A stretch of DNA of 64,000 bases from Chloroflexota bacterium (GTDB lineage: Bacteria > Chloroflexota > UBA11872 > VXOZ01). The notes under the pieces were generated by a model. The model worked only from the letters and a program-made list of their open reading frames with translations, searched no databases and was not told where the DNA came from. Where the stretch lies: assembly GCA_963662335.2 (NCBI GenBank), contig CAXXVD010000002.1, positions 512,001 to 576,000 of the forward strand, in the 5' to 3' direction. How positions within the stretch are numbered: position 1 is the first letter of the stretch; the number at the start of each line of letters is the position of its first letter. Both the position numbers and the translations under genes were made by a program. Shown here one piece after another: positions 1 to 8,548 of this stretch.

Positions 1-175
1 CATGCTTTGGACCAAGAGCGGGGGACAAGCCCCCGCGCTACAAGGTTTGAGGCCCCATGCTTTGGACCAAGAGCGGGGGACAAGCCCCCGCGCTACAGGG
101 TGTGGGGCCTCGTGCTTCGGACCAAGAGCGGGGGACAAGCCCCCGCGCTACGGGGATTGAGGCCTCGTGCTACGG
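1..175. repeat. Tandem repeat: three 55-bp units plus a partial fourth, each holding REP-A (GCGGGGGACAAGCCCCCGCGCTAC)
   Basis: Units start at 1, 56, 111 and 166. The core GGACCAAGAGCGGGGGACAAGCCCCCGCGCTAC is identical in the three full units. The array may extend left of the window. Confidence 0.9.
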
Positions 176-337
176 TCTAAGCGATGTGCCGGTGGCAGGC
201 TAAGTCAAGCGGTGGTGGGGTCTCAATTAGAGTCCAAGGGGCGTGCGTTCCGCTTTCATTCTCACCCCGTTGCAGGTATCCTTAATCGTACTACACTCCC
301 CTTGGCGCGAACGACATTCCAGGAGCGACTTCACTGC

Positions 338-3300
338 ATGAAGCAATTCACCCACCTGCATCTGCACTCGCACTACAGCCTGCTGGACGGCATGAGCCGC
401 ATGCCGGAGTTGATGGAGCGCGCGAAGGAACTCGGCTTCGCGGCGATCGGCCTCACCGACCACGGCGTGCTCTACGGCGCGATCGAGTTCTATGAGGAAG
501 CGCGCAGCCGGGGCATCAAGCCGATTATTGGCTGCGAGGTCTACGTGGCGGCGCGCACGCGCCACGACAAGGAGCCGAAGCTGGACGACCGGCAGTACCA
601 CCTGACGCTGCTGGCCAAGAATAACCAGGGCTACAGCAACCTGGTCAAGTTGGCCACCCAGGCCCAGTTGGAAGGCTTCTACTACAAGCCGCGGGTGGAC
701 CGCGAACTGCTGGAGCAGTATCACGAGGGCCTCATCTGCCTCTCCGGTTGCCCTTCCGGGGAGATTCCGCGCGCGTTGCAGGACGGCAACGAGGAAAAGG
801 CCCGGGAGACAGCGCAGTTCTACCGCGAGTTATTCGGCCCGGAGAACTTCTACATCGAAATCCAAGACCACGGCATGGCGTGGGAGCAGGAGGTTGCCAC
901 GAAACTCGTCGCGCTGGCGCGGGAACTCGACCTGCCGCTGGTGGCCACCAACGACGGCCACTACACCCGCCGCGAGGACGCCGAGGCCCACGACGTGTTG
1001 ATGTGCATCCAGACCAACAGCAAGGTCACCGACGAGAACCGCATGCGCATGGAGACGGAAGAATTCTACCTGCGCAGCGCGGACGAGATGTGGGAGCGGT
1101 TCGCGGACTTGCCCGAAGCCCTCGAGAACACCATGAAGATCGCGGAGGCGTGCAACGTGGAGTTGGCGCTGGACCAGCGCATCCTGCCCCACTTCGAGGT
1201 GCCGGCCGGGCATGACGAGCGTTCATATCTGCACGAGATCTGCACGGCGGGCCTGGCGAAACTCTATCCAGAAGCCGACGCCAACGCGCAGGAGCGCCTG
1301 GAATACGAGCTTGACGTAATTGGCGAGATGGGTTTTTCGTCGTATCTGCTGATTGCGGCGGACTTCGTGAACTGGGCCAAGGAGCAGGGCATACCCACCA
1401 CCGTGCGGGGTTCCGCGGCCGGCAGTCTCGTCTGCTACACCGCCGGCATCACCGACATCGACCCCTTGCACTACGGCCTCATCTTCGAGCGTTTCCTCAA
1501 TCCCTCACGCTACACCATGCCGGACATCGACGTGGACCTGATGGACGTGCGCCGGGACGAGGTCATCGAGTACGTGACGGCGAAGTACGGCGCGGATCAC
1601 GTGGCGCAGATCATCACCTTTGGGACCATGAAGGCGCGGGCGGCCGTGCGCGACGTGGGCCGGGCGCTCGGCATGTCCTACGGCGAGGTGGACCGGGTCG
1701 CGAAGTTGATTCCCATGATGTCAACGGTGACCGAGGCGCTGCAAGCCGCGCCCGAACTGAAAGACCTGATGGAAGACGAGCCCCAGGTGAAACGACTGCT
1801 GGGCCTGGCCGAGCGGCTGGAGGGCGTGGCGCGCCATGCCTCCACCCACGCGGCCGGGGTGGTGATTTCGCGGGAGCCGCTCACCGAGTACGTGCCCTTG
1901 CAGCGCAACGTCGGCGACGACGGCGTCATGACCCAGTTCGAGATGAACGCCATCGAGAAGATCGGCCTGCTCAAGATGGATTTTCTCGGCCTGCGCAATC
2001 TCACCGTGCTGGACCGGGCGGTGCGCTTCATCGCCCAGACGCGCGGCGAGGCGCTCGACCTGAAGCAAATCCCGCTGGACGACGGCACAACCTTCGAACT
2101 GCTCTCGTCGGGTGAGACCACCGGCGTCTTCCAGTTGGAATCGGACGGCATGAGGCGCTACGTAAAAGAATTGCAGCCGGACCGCATCGAGGACGTGATG
2201 GCGCTGGTGGCGCTCTACCGGCCGGGGCCGATGGCGTACATTCCCCAGTACGTGGCGCGGCGGCACGGGCGCGAGGAAGCCTCGGCGCGGCATCCGCTCA
2301 TGTCCGCGGTGCTGGAGCGCACCTACGGCATCATGGTCTATCAGGAGGACGTGATGGCGGTGGCGCAGGCAGTGGCCGGCTATACCCTGGCCGAGGCCGA
2401 CAAGCTCTGCTACGCCGTGCGCAAGAAGATCGCCCACGAGTTGCAGGAGCACCGGCAGCGGTTTGTGGCCGGGGCGGTGGAGAACGGCCTGGCGAAGCGG
2501 TTGGCGGAGGCCATCTTCGACGACTTCGAGCCGTTCGCGCGCTACGGGTTCAACCAGGCGCACGCCACCTGCTACGGCACGATTGCCTACCAGACCGCCT
2601 ATCTGAAAGCCAACTATCCCACCGAGTACATGACCGCGGTCTTGAGCACCGAGCTCGGCAACACGGACAGGATCATCGAGGTGGTGCGCGAGTGCGGGCG
2701 CCTGGACGTGAAGGTCTCGCCGCCGAACGTGAACGAAAGCGAATCCAGTTTTGCGGTGAGAGAGGGCACGGTCTATTTCGGGCTGGCCGCGGTGAAGAAC
2801 GTGGGCACGGCGGCGGCGGAGGCGATAGCCGCCGAGCGCGCGGAAGGGCCGTACCAGGATTTCTACGACTTTTGCGTGCGCATCGACCAGCGGGTGGTGA
2901 ACCGGCGCGCCCTGGAGAGCCTGATCAAGGTGGGCGCGTTGGACACCATGGGCGAGCGAGCGGCCCTGCTAGCCAGCCTGGACGACGTGCTGCCGGCCAC
3001 GCAGCGGGCGCAGAACGCCAGCAACCAGGGCCCCACGCTCTTCGAGACGTTCCTGGGCGAGGAGCAGGCCGCTGAACTCACCAGTTTTACGCTGCCCAAG
3101 ACGGACCCGGCGACGCCGGAAGAGAAGGGTCTCTGGGAAAAGGAACTGCTGGGCGACTACCTCTCGGAAAGCCCGTTCAAGGCGCATAGCGCGCAATTGC
3201 GCGCCGCCGCTGATACCACGGCGGCGGAGATTACGCGGGAAAAGGAAAACCGGCGGGTCACGGTGGCCGGGCGCATCGAGTCCGTGCGCAGGATATTCAC

Positions 3301-4051
3301 GCGCAAACAGGAGTACATGGCGGCGGTCGTGCTGGAAGATGAAAGCGGCCAGATTGGGGTGACGGTCTTTCCCAAGGCCTACGCGGAACACGCCGCGCTG
3401 CTGACGAACGGCGCGTTCGTGGTGGTGCGGGGGCGGGTGGAGTTGGATAGCCGCGACGACGTGCTGCGGGTGTTGGCGGAGAACGTGCGGCCTTTGGACG
3501 ATGCCGCTGCGGCCGGGGAGCCGGTGGCAAAAGAAAGTGGCGCCGCGCAACCGGCGTGGAACAACGCGCAGCCGCCGGCGGAGAGCGCGGCGGCTACACC
3601 GTCCGCGCGGGAAGACGGCCTGCCCGATTGGGTGCTGGACGGCAACGAAACTGCGGCGGAAGCGCCCGCCGCCGGTAACGAAGCCGGGGCCGGTGAACCG
3701 GAGCCTGCGCCGGCCGAGGAGGAAACCGCCGCGCCGGCCGCGCCCGCAGAAAGCTATCAGGATGTCTCACCGGATACCCAGCCGGCAGCAGCGGCGCCCG
3801 CGTCCAATGGGCCGGAGGTGGAACTGGTGCTCCAGCGCACTGACGATGACGCGCGGGACTTGCAGCGCTTGCAGCAGCTTGCCGAGGTACTGACCCGCAA
3901 TCCCGGCGACCTGCGCGTGACGTTGCGGATCGTGCTCAACGGCGTGCAGGCGCGTATCGACACGCACGATCGCATCGCGCTCACGCCGGCGGTGGAGGAC
4001 GAGATCGAGGGGCTGCTGGGCACCGCTCCCATGCGAAAGCCGGGCGCGTGA
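338..4051 (+). CDS. dnaE: DNA polymerase III subunit alpha
   Basis: PHP motif HLHLHSHYSLLDG, catalytic MPDIDVD, KMDFLGL, YGFNQAHA and an OB fold. ATG at 338 follows AGGAG at 321-325. Confidence 0.97.
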   Translation: MKQFTHLHLHSHYSLLDGMSRMPELMERAKELGFAAIGLTDHGVLYGAIEFYEEARSRGIKPIIGCEVYVAARTRHDKEPKLDDRQYHLTLLAKNNQGYSNLVKLATQAQLEGFYYKPRVDRELLEQYHEGLICLSGCPSGEIPRALQDGNEEKARETAQFYRELFGPENFYIEIQDHGMAWEQEVATKLVALARELDLPLVATNDGHYTRREDAEAHDVLMCIQTNSKVTDENRMRMETEEFYLRSADEMWERFADLPEALENTMKIAEACNVELALDQRILPHFEVPAGHDERSYLHEICTAGLAKLYPEADANAQERLEYELDVIGEMGFSSYLLIAADFVNWAKEQGIPTTVRGSAAGSLVCYTAGITDIDPLHYGLIFERFLNPSRYTMPDIDVDLMDVRRDEVIEYVTAKYGADHVAQIITFGTMKARAAVRDVGRALGMSYGEVDRVAKLIPMMSTVTEALQAAPELKDLMEDEPQVKRLLGLAERLEGVARHASTHAAGVVISREPLTEYVPLQRNVGDDGVMTQFEMNAIEKIGLLKMDFLGLRNLTVLDRAVRFIAQTRGEALDLKQIPLDDGTTFELLSSGETTGVFQLESDGMRRYVKELQPDRIEDVMALVALYRPGPMAYIPQYVARRHGREEASARHPLMSAVLERTYGIMVYQEDVMAVAQAVAGYTLAEADKLCYAVRKKIAHELQEHRQRFVAGAVENGLAKRLAEAIFDDFEPFARYGFNQAHATCYGTIAYQTAYLKANYPTEYMTAVLSTELGNTDRIIEVVRECGRLDVKVSPPNVNESESSFAVREGTVYFGLAAVKNVGTAAAEAIAAERAEGPYQDFYDFCVRIDQRVVNRRALESLIKVGALDTMGERAALLASLDDVLPATQRAQNASNQGPTLFETFLGEEQAAELTSFTLPKTDPATPEEKGLWEKELLGDYLSESPFKAHSAQLRAAADTTAAEITREKENRRVTVAGRIESVRRIFTRKQEYMAAVVLEDESGQIGVTVFPKAYAEHAALLTNGAFVVVRGRVELDSRDDVLRVLAENVRPLDDAAAAGEPVAKESGAAQPAWNNAQPPAESAAATPSAREDGLPDWVLDGNETAAEAPAAGNEAGAGEPEPAPAEEETAAPAAPAESYQDVSPDTQPAAAAPASNGPEVELVLQRTDDDARDLQRLQQLAEVLTRNPGDLRVTLRIVLNGVQARIDTHDRIALTPAVEDEIEGLLGTAPMRKPGA

Positions 4052-5082
4052 GCAGCGGCGCGCTCTATTCGCGACCGTTTGACTGCGGCGCGGCGGCGCT
4101 CCGCATCGGCGCGTTGTGCGTCTTGCTGGTGTTCTGCGGCGCATTCCCGCCGCCGCTCGGCGCATCCGCGCGCGCAAACGCCGCGGCAACCGCGGTAGGC
4201 GAGGAAGCGCGCTCTCCCAGGCAAGAGGGACGGGGTGAAGGCGCCGCGCGCTCGGCCCGGCCCGACCTGCGCGCCGGGGAGCGCTTCACCGTATTGCTGG
4301 TCGGCCTCGACCGGCGGCAGCCCACGGAACAGTCGCGCAGCGACGTCATCATGCTGCTCAGCATCGAGCGCAAGAGCCGCTCGCTCTCGCTGCTCTCGAT
4401 TCCGCGCGACCTCTGGGTAACCATCCCCGGCTATGGCTGGTACCGGGTCAACGCGGCATATTTCTTTGGCGAGGTCTACCAGGGCGATGGGCCGGCGTTG
4501 GCGCGCCGGACGGTTGAGGCGGTCTTCGACGTGCCTATACATGCCGTGGCGGCGGTTGACTTTGCTTCCTTCACCGCCCTCGTCGACGCCTTTGGCGGGG
4601 TTGACGTAACGGTTGCCAAGACCCTCGTCGACGACCGGTATCCCACGCTGGACTACGGCTACACGCGCATCGTCATTCCCGAGGGCGTGCAGCACATGGA
4701 CGGCGCCACGGCGCTGGTCTACGCCCGCACGCGCCACCCGGACAACGACTTCAAGCGCATGGGCCGCCAGCAAAACTTCATGCTCGCGGCGCGGACGAAA
4801 CTCTTTGCGGAAGAGTCGATCCGCGCGTTCCCCCTCCTCTACAAGCAGTTCAATGAGGTAATCGAGACCGACCTCACGCCGGGCGAGCAACTCTACTTGC
4901 TGCGCGACCTCTACCTGCTGCGCGACGCGCCGGTCAAGGCGCGTGTCATCGAGCCGCCTTTGGTCTACAACTACGTGACGGCCGGCGGCGCGCACGTGCT
5001 GCTGCCGGATTGGGAGCGCGTGCGGCCGATCATCGACGAGCTATTCGGCGGCGCGGTTGAGGAGCCGGCGGCCGCGGAGTGA
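4048..5082 (+). CDS. LCP (LytR-CpsA-Psr) family protein
   Basis: N-terminal hydrophobic segment; motifs LLVGLD, RSDVIM, SIPRDLWV, ALVYARTR and DFKRMGRQQ. GTGA overlap with the dnaE stop. Confidence 0.9.
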   Translation: MSSGALYSRPFDCGAAALRIGALCVLLVFCGAFPPPLGASARANAAATAVGEEARSPRQEGRGEGAARSARPDLRAGERFTVLLVGLDRRQPTEQSRSDVIMLLSIERKSRSLSLLSIPRDLWVTIPGYGWYRVNAAYFFGEVYQGDGPALARRTVEAVFDVPIHAVAAVDFASFTALVDAFGGVDVTVAKTLVDDRYPTLDYGYTRIVIPEGVQHMDGATALVYARTRHPDNDFKRMGRQQNFMLAARTKLFAEESIRAFPLLYKQFNEVIETDLTPGEQLYLLRDLYLLRDAPVKARVIEPPLVYNYVTAGGAHVLLPDWERVRPIIDELFGGAVEEPAAAE

Positions 5083-5187
5083 AAGACGATGCGGCTGCCG
5101 CCTGAATGCCGCGCGTTGCGTAACCGTCGCTGCCCCGAAAACAGCGGCGGTTACGCAAAGCTCCTGGCGTTGAACCTCTGGCGGGAT

Positions 5188-5221
5188 GGGGTAGGGGCAC
5201 GACATGTCGTGCCCCTACCCC
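5188..5221. repeat. REP-C perfect palindrome GTAGGGGCACGACATGTCGTGCCCCTAC
   Basis: Further copies at 27079-27106, 48542-48569 and 57586-57614. Confidence 0.9.
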
Positions 5222-5284
5222 GTCCCTGGCGTGGGACAACCTTTCGCGCGACCAGGATGGGATAGGCGGGCGGGGGACAAGCCC

Positions 5285-5498
5285 CAATGTTGTCGCATTA
5301 ACGTAGCGCGGGGGCTTGTCCCCCGCCGGTGTGCAAGGCACGGAGGGCGATCGCCGAAGGTTTCCCTCCGGCGGATGACGCCAACCTCTTGACCTTAGGA
5401 AGACGCAGGTTGCAAACCTGCGCTACCGGAGAAGACCTGCGCTACCGGAGAATTTGTACGCGAGCTTTGCCGTAGTTCTGTTTAATGCCACAGCATTG
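5285..5498. mobile_element. MITE family 1, copy 1 (214 bp), inserted in a REP-A
   Basis: TIRs CAATGTTGTCGCATTA / TAATGCCACAGCATTG. 11-bp direct repeat GGGACAAGCCC at 5274-5284 and 5499-5509. Reverse-complement homologue at 7983-8177. Confidence 0.85.
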
Positions 5499-5535
5499 GG
5501 GACAAGCCCTGGCGCTACGGGGATGCGCAACGTAG

Positions 5536-5559
5536 GCGGGGGACAAGCCCCCGCGCTAC
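5536..5559. repeat. REP-A (GCGGGGGACAAGCCCCCGCGCTAC), dispersed GTAG-type REP
   Basis: Same 24-mer on either strand at 18, 73, 128, 5303, 7931, 8136, 14945, 27198, 46424, 47244, 47370, 49374, 57720 and 57763. Confidence 0.92.
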
Positions 5560-5590
5560 GAGGATGCGTGAGGCAGTGGCGTCCAAAGGG

Positions 5591-5665
5591 GGAGCGGGAG
5601 ACGGGACTCGAACCCGCGACATCCAGCTTGGAAGGCTAGCGCTCTGCCAACTGAGCTACTCCCGC
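5591..5665 (-). tRNA. tRNA-Gly (anticodon TCC)
   Basis: Reverse complement reads GCGGGAGTAGCTCAGTTGGCAGAGCGCTAGCCTTCCAAGCTGGATGTCGCGGGTTCGAGTCCCGTCTCCCGCTCC. It forms a cloverleaf with a GTTCGA T-loop. The 3' end encodes CC but not a full CCA. Confidence 0.97.
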
Positions 5666-5833
5666 AGTGCGCTCCGCGCCTCTCCAGTATAGCCCAGCGG
5701 CCGGCGCGGTGAAATGGGATTCGGCGCGCCGGGCGGGTGTTTCACGGCTCTCCCGCCGCGCGACGGTTCGCGCCGCCGCTCTGCCGGCGAGGCGGCTTGC
5801 GGCGGCGGCGCGATGCGGTATAATCCAGATACT

Positions 5834-6187
5834 ATGAAACGGCAATGGTCCGGACAGCGTCGCTGGGGCGCGTACGTCTTGCGGCTCCTCACGGAGCGCC
5901 CGCGCGAACTCATCGAGCCGTCGATCGACGAGAGTCCCGTGCCCGGGTGGGTGTTGATCTGGTCGTTGATCCTCATCAAGCTCTTCATCGGCGGCGCAAT
6001 TCTCTTCTTCTTCAGCGCGGAAGAATCACTCATCTTCGTCATTGGCACCCATTGGATGGCGCCGGCGGCGATCGTGGCGCTGCTCTTGCCGCTGGGCGTC
6101 TATTGGGCGCGGCTGTGGCGAATGCGGCTGCGGCGCGCTGAGTTGCAGCGCGCCGAATGGCACGTCGAGCGGCCGCGCAAACGGTAG
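5834..6187 (+). CDS. Small hypothetical membrane protein (2 TM segments)
   Basis: Two hydrophobic stretches. ATG 5834 lies 9 nt after TATAAT (5819-5824). The start is uncertain. Confidence 0.6.
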   Translation: MKRQWSGQRRWGAYVLRLLTERPRELIEPSIDESPVPGWVLIWSLILIKLFIGGAILFFFSAEESLIFVIGTHWMAPAAIVALLLPLGVYWARLWRMRLRRAELQRAEWHVERPRKR

Positions 6188-6288
6188 GATTCCATTTCGT
6201 ATCGCGCTCGGGAATGCCGCCGGCAAGAGATTGAGTTTCACTCGCCGCGCCGTACAAGCGCCGCAAAGCGGCAATAGCCGCTCGCCAC

Positions 6289-6317
6289 TTGACTACCGCG
6301 CCCGCTTAGACTATGCT
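6289..6317 (+). promoter_or_regulatory. Sigma70-type promoter
   Basis: TTGACT-N17-TATGCT upstream of the solute-binding protein gene. Confidence 0.6.
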
Positions 6318-6451
6318 TACGCTGCAAGCATGGGGTGAATCCCATGTGTGGTTGTTTGTGGAGAAGACCCCGTTTGTTAGGGGTACATCCTCTGTTCTCA
6401 GGTGCGAGTGTGGAAACAGGGGAAGCGTATGCCACTACAGGAGGTTTGAGC

Positions 6452-7810
6452 ATGCGAAAGAGGTTGTCCCGCCGGACGTTTCTCGGCGGAAGCGCGCTGA
6501 CCGGCGCGGGGCTGCTGCTGGCGGCCTGCGGCGCGCAGCCGGTGGCAATGGAAGAGGCGCCGGCTGAGGAAGAGGCGAAGGAAGAGCCGAAGCCCGCAGC
6601 GCAGGAAGAGGCCAAGGCGCCTGAAGCCGCAGTGGTCAACTACCTGCACGTGGACCTGGCCCAGAACGAGATCTGGCAGAACTCCTGGGGTAACATCTTC
6701 GATACCTTCGCGGAGAAACATCCGGACCTCGAACTGACCGTAACCGGCACGAGCTTTGGCGAACTGCCGGCCAAGGCCGGCGCGGCACAGGCCGGCGGCA
6801 TCGCGTTCGACGCGGTGTACGGCTACTTTGCCTGGTTGGGCCCGTTCATCGAATCCGAGATTATTACGAATCTCGACCCCTTCCTGGCCGCGGACGCCGA
6901 CGTCTCTGCCGATGACTTCTATCCGGCCACGACAGAGAAATACCAGGGCAAGATCTACGGCTTTGCCTGGTTCAGCAACGGCAAAGAGATTTGGTTCAAC
7001 AAGAATCTCTTCACCGAAGCCGGCCTGAAGAATCCGGCCGAGAAGGAAGCCGACGGCGAGTGGACCTGGGATGCGCTGCTGGAAGACGCCAAGTTGCTGA
7101 CCAAGATGGAAGGCGACGAAATCGTGCAGGGCGGCGTGCGGCTCTACGCCGGGTACACGTCCTACCTTTGCATGTACGTCTGGGCGTACGGCGCGGACTT
7201 TTGGGACGAGGGCTGCACGGCCCCGACGTTTACGTCCGACGCGTTCCGCGAAGCGGTGCAGTTCCACGTGGACGTGGCCCTGAAGCACAAGGTCATGGGC
7301 GGCTCGTACACGGAGGGCACCCAGGCCATGTTCAACACCGGCTCGTTCAACGTGCGCACCTTCGAGGCGCAGATCACGCCGAACAATCTCTTCGAGATTG
7401 GCATGGCGCCGATGCCGAACGGACCGCAAGGGCGCGTCATCGCGCTGGCGAACAACGCCATGTACCTCGGCGGCTCCGGTGTGAATCCCGACGGCGGCTG
7501 GGAGTTCCTGAAGCATACGTTCAGCGCCGACGTGGTTGACGCCGTGGCGGCGATGGGCGGCGGGCGCTACGTGGCCAACAAGAACGTTACGCCGGCCACG
7601 ACCACCGACTACGAAAACGTCGACGTCTATCTCATGCAGGCTGCCAACAGCCGCATTACCCCCACGATCCTGAAGCAGTCCGAGTTCAACGCGGGCTGGC
7701 GGGAGACCTGGGACGAGATGGTCGCCGGCACGCTGACGGTGCCCGAGGGCCTGGAGCGCACGCAGGGTCAGTTGGAGAACTGGCTGGCCGAGGGCGGCTG
7801 CATCCAGTAA
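6452..7810 (+). CDS. Carbohydrate ABC transporter solute-binding lipoprotein (Tat signal)
   Basis: SRRTFL twin-arginine motif, LAAC lipobox, WFNKNLFTEAGL and WTWDALL (family 1 SBP). AGGAGG RBS. Confidence 0.88.
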   Translation: MRKRLSRRTFLGGSALTGAGLLLAACGAQPVAMEEAPAEEEAKEEPKPAAQEEAKAPEAAVVNYLHVDLAQNEIWQNSWGNIFDTFAEKHPDLELTVTGTSFGELPAKAGAAQAGGIAFDAVYGYFAWLGPFIESEIITNLDPFLAADADVSADDFYPATTEKYQGKIYGFAWFSNGKEIWFNKNLFTEAGLKNPAEKEADGEWTWDALLEDAKLLTKMEGDEIVQGGVRLYAGYTSYLCMYVWAYGADFWDEGCTAPTFTSDAFREAVQFHVDVALKHKVMGGSYTEGTQAMFNTGSFNVRTFEAQITPNNLFEIGMAPMPNGPQGRVIALANNAMYLGGSGVNPDGGWEFLKHTFSADVVDAVAAMGGGRYVANKNVTPATTTDYENVDVYLMQAANSRITPTILKQSEFNAGWRETWDEMVAGTLTVPEGLERTQGQLENWLAEGGCIQ

Positions 7811-7847
7811 GCGACGAAGACTGTTCGACGCCTAATGCGCCGAAAGC

Positions 7848-7888
7848 AGAGGCGGAGCACCCCCGCATGGGGGCGCTCCGCCTCTTTC
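7848..7888 (+). terminator. Intrinsic terminator-like hairpin
   Basis: AGAGGCGGAGCACCCCC-GCAT-GGGGGCGCTCCGCCTCT followed by TTC. Confidence 0.6.
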
Positions 7889-7982
7889 ACTTGATGTCGC
7901 GGCGGTTAGGAGTGATCCTGGCGGCCGGGTGTAGCGCGGGGGCTTGTCCCCCGCCGGGATGGTGTAGGGGCGGTTCGCGAAC

Positions 7983-8177
7983 TAATGCTGTCGCATTAGA
8001 CAGAACGACGGCAAAACTCGCGTCCAGAATCCCCGGTAGCGCAGGTTTGCAACCTGCGTCATGGTAGGGTCAAGAGGTTGGCGTTGTCTGCCGGAGGGAA
8101 ACTTTCGGCAATCGCCCTTCGTGCCTTGCACACTGGCGGGGGACAAGCCCCCGCGCTACGTTAATGCGACAGCATCA
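7983..8177. mobile_element. MITE family 1, copy 2 (195 bp), inserted in a REP-D
   Basis: TIRs TAATGCTGTCGCATTA / TAATGCGACAGCATCA. 10-bp direct repeat GTTCGCGAAC at 7973-7982 and 8178-8187. Confidence 0.88.
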
Positions 8178-8249
8178 GTTCGCGAACCGCCCCTGCGTCT
8201 TGGCAAGGAAAATGGCGCGTAACCCCACCCTAGAAGCGGTTTCTCGAAC

Positions 8250-8320
8250 TGTCATTCCGAGCGCAGCGAGGAATCTAGGGACGCTAACACCCTAGACTCC
8301 TCGCTACGCTCGGAGTGACA
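8250..8320. repeat. REP-B inverted pair (TGTCATTCCGAGCGCAGCGAGGAATCT ... AGATTCCTCGCTGCGCTCGGAATGACA)
   Basis: Paired copies also at 19251-19353, 51837-51946, 53614-53736, 59546-59635, 61522-61597 and inside MITE-2. Single halves near 15077, 39648, 47173 and 48442. Confidence 0.9.
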
Positions 8321-8379
8321 TGACACGCAGCCCCGCAAAGCTATCACGTCTGGCTCTATTGAATCCGCGAAAATCCCAC

Positions 8380-8408
8380 GTGACTTTATTCACAATCTTC
8401 GCTATAAT
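8380..8408 (+). promoter_or_regulatory. Sigma70-type promoter for hisC-hppA
   Basis: GTGACT-N17-TATAAT. Confidence 0.5.
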
Positions 8409-8548
8409 GCCTCAGTTGTAAATGCGCCGGCTTGGACCGGTTTGTACGCCTGTGGATTCTTTCCCTTGGCGCCGCTCATGGCTGCCGGGGAACTTCAGCG
8501 AACGAGCGAGAGACCGGCGCGGCGCGTGCAAGGGAGGCGAGGTAAACA

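Noticed and set aside
1-175. Possible CRISPR array
   Set aside because: The putative spacers are short and homologous to each other, the repeat is a dispersed REP, and no cas genes are present.
338-4051. Intein in DnaE suggested by its length
   Set aside because: No intein splice-junction or LAGLIDADG motifs. The extra length comes from an over-extended ORF start and a low-complexity C-terminal linker.
5591-5665. tRNA as integration site of a genomic island
   Set aside because: No integrase nearby and no duplicated tRNA 3' end seen in the window.
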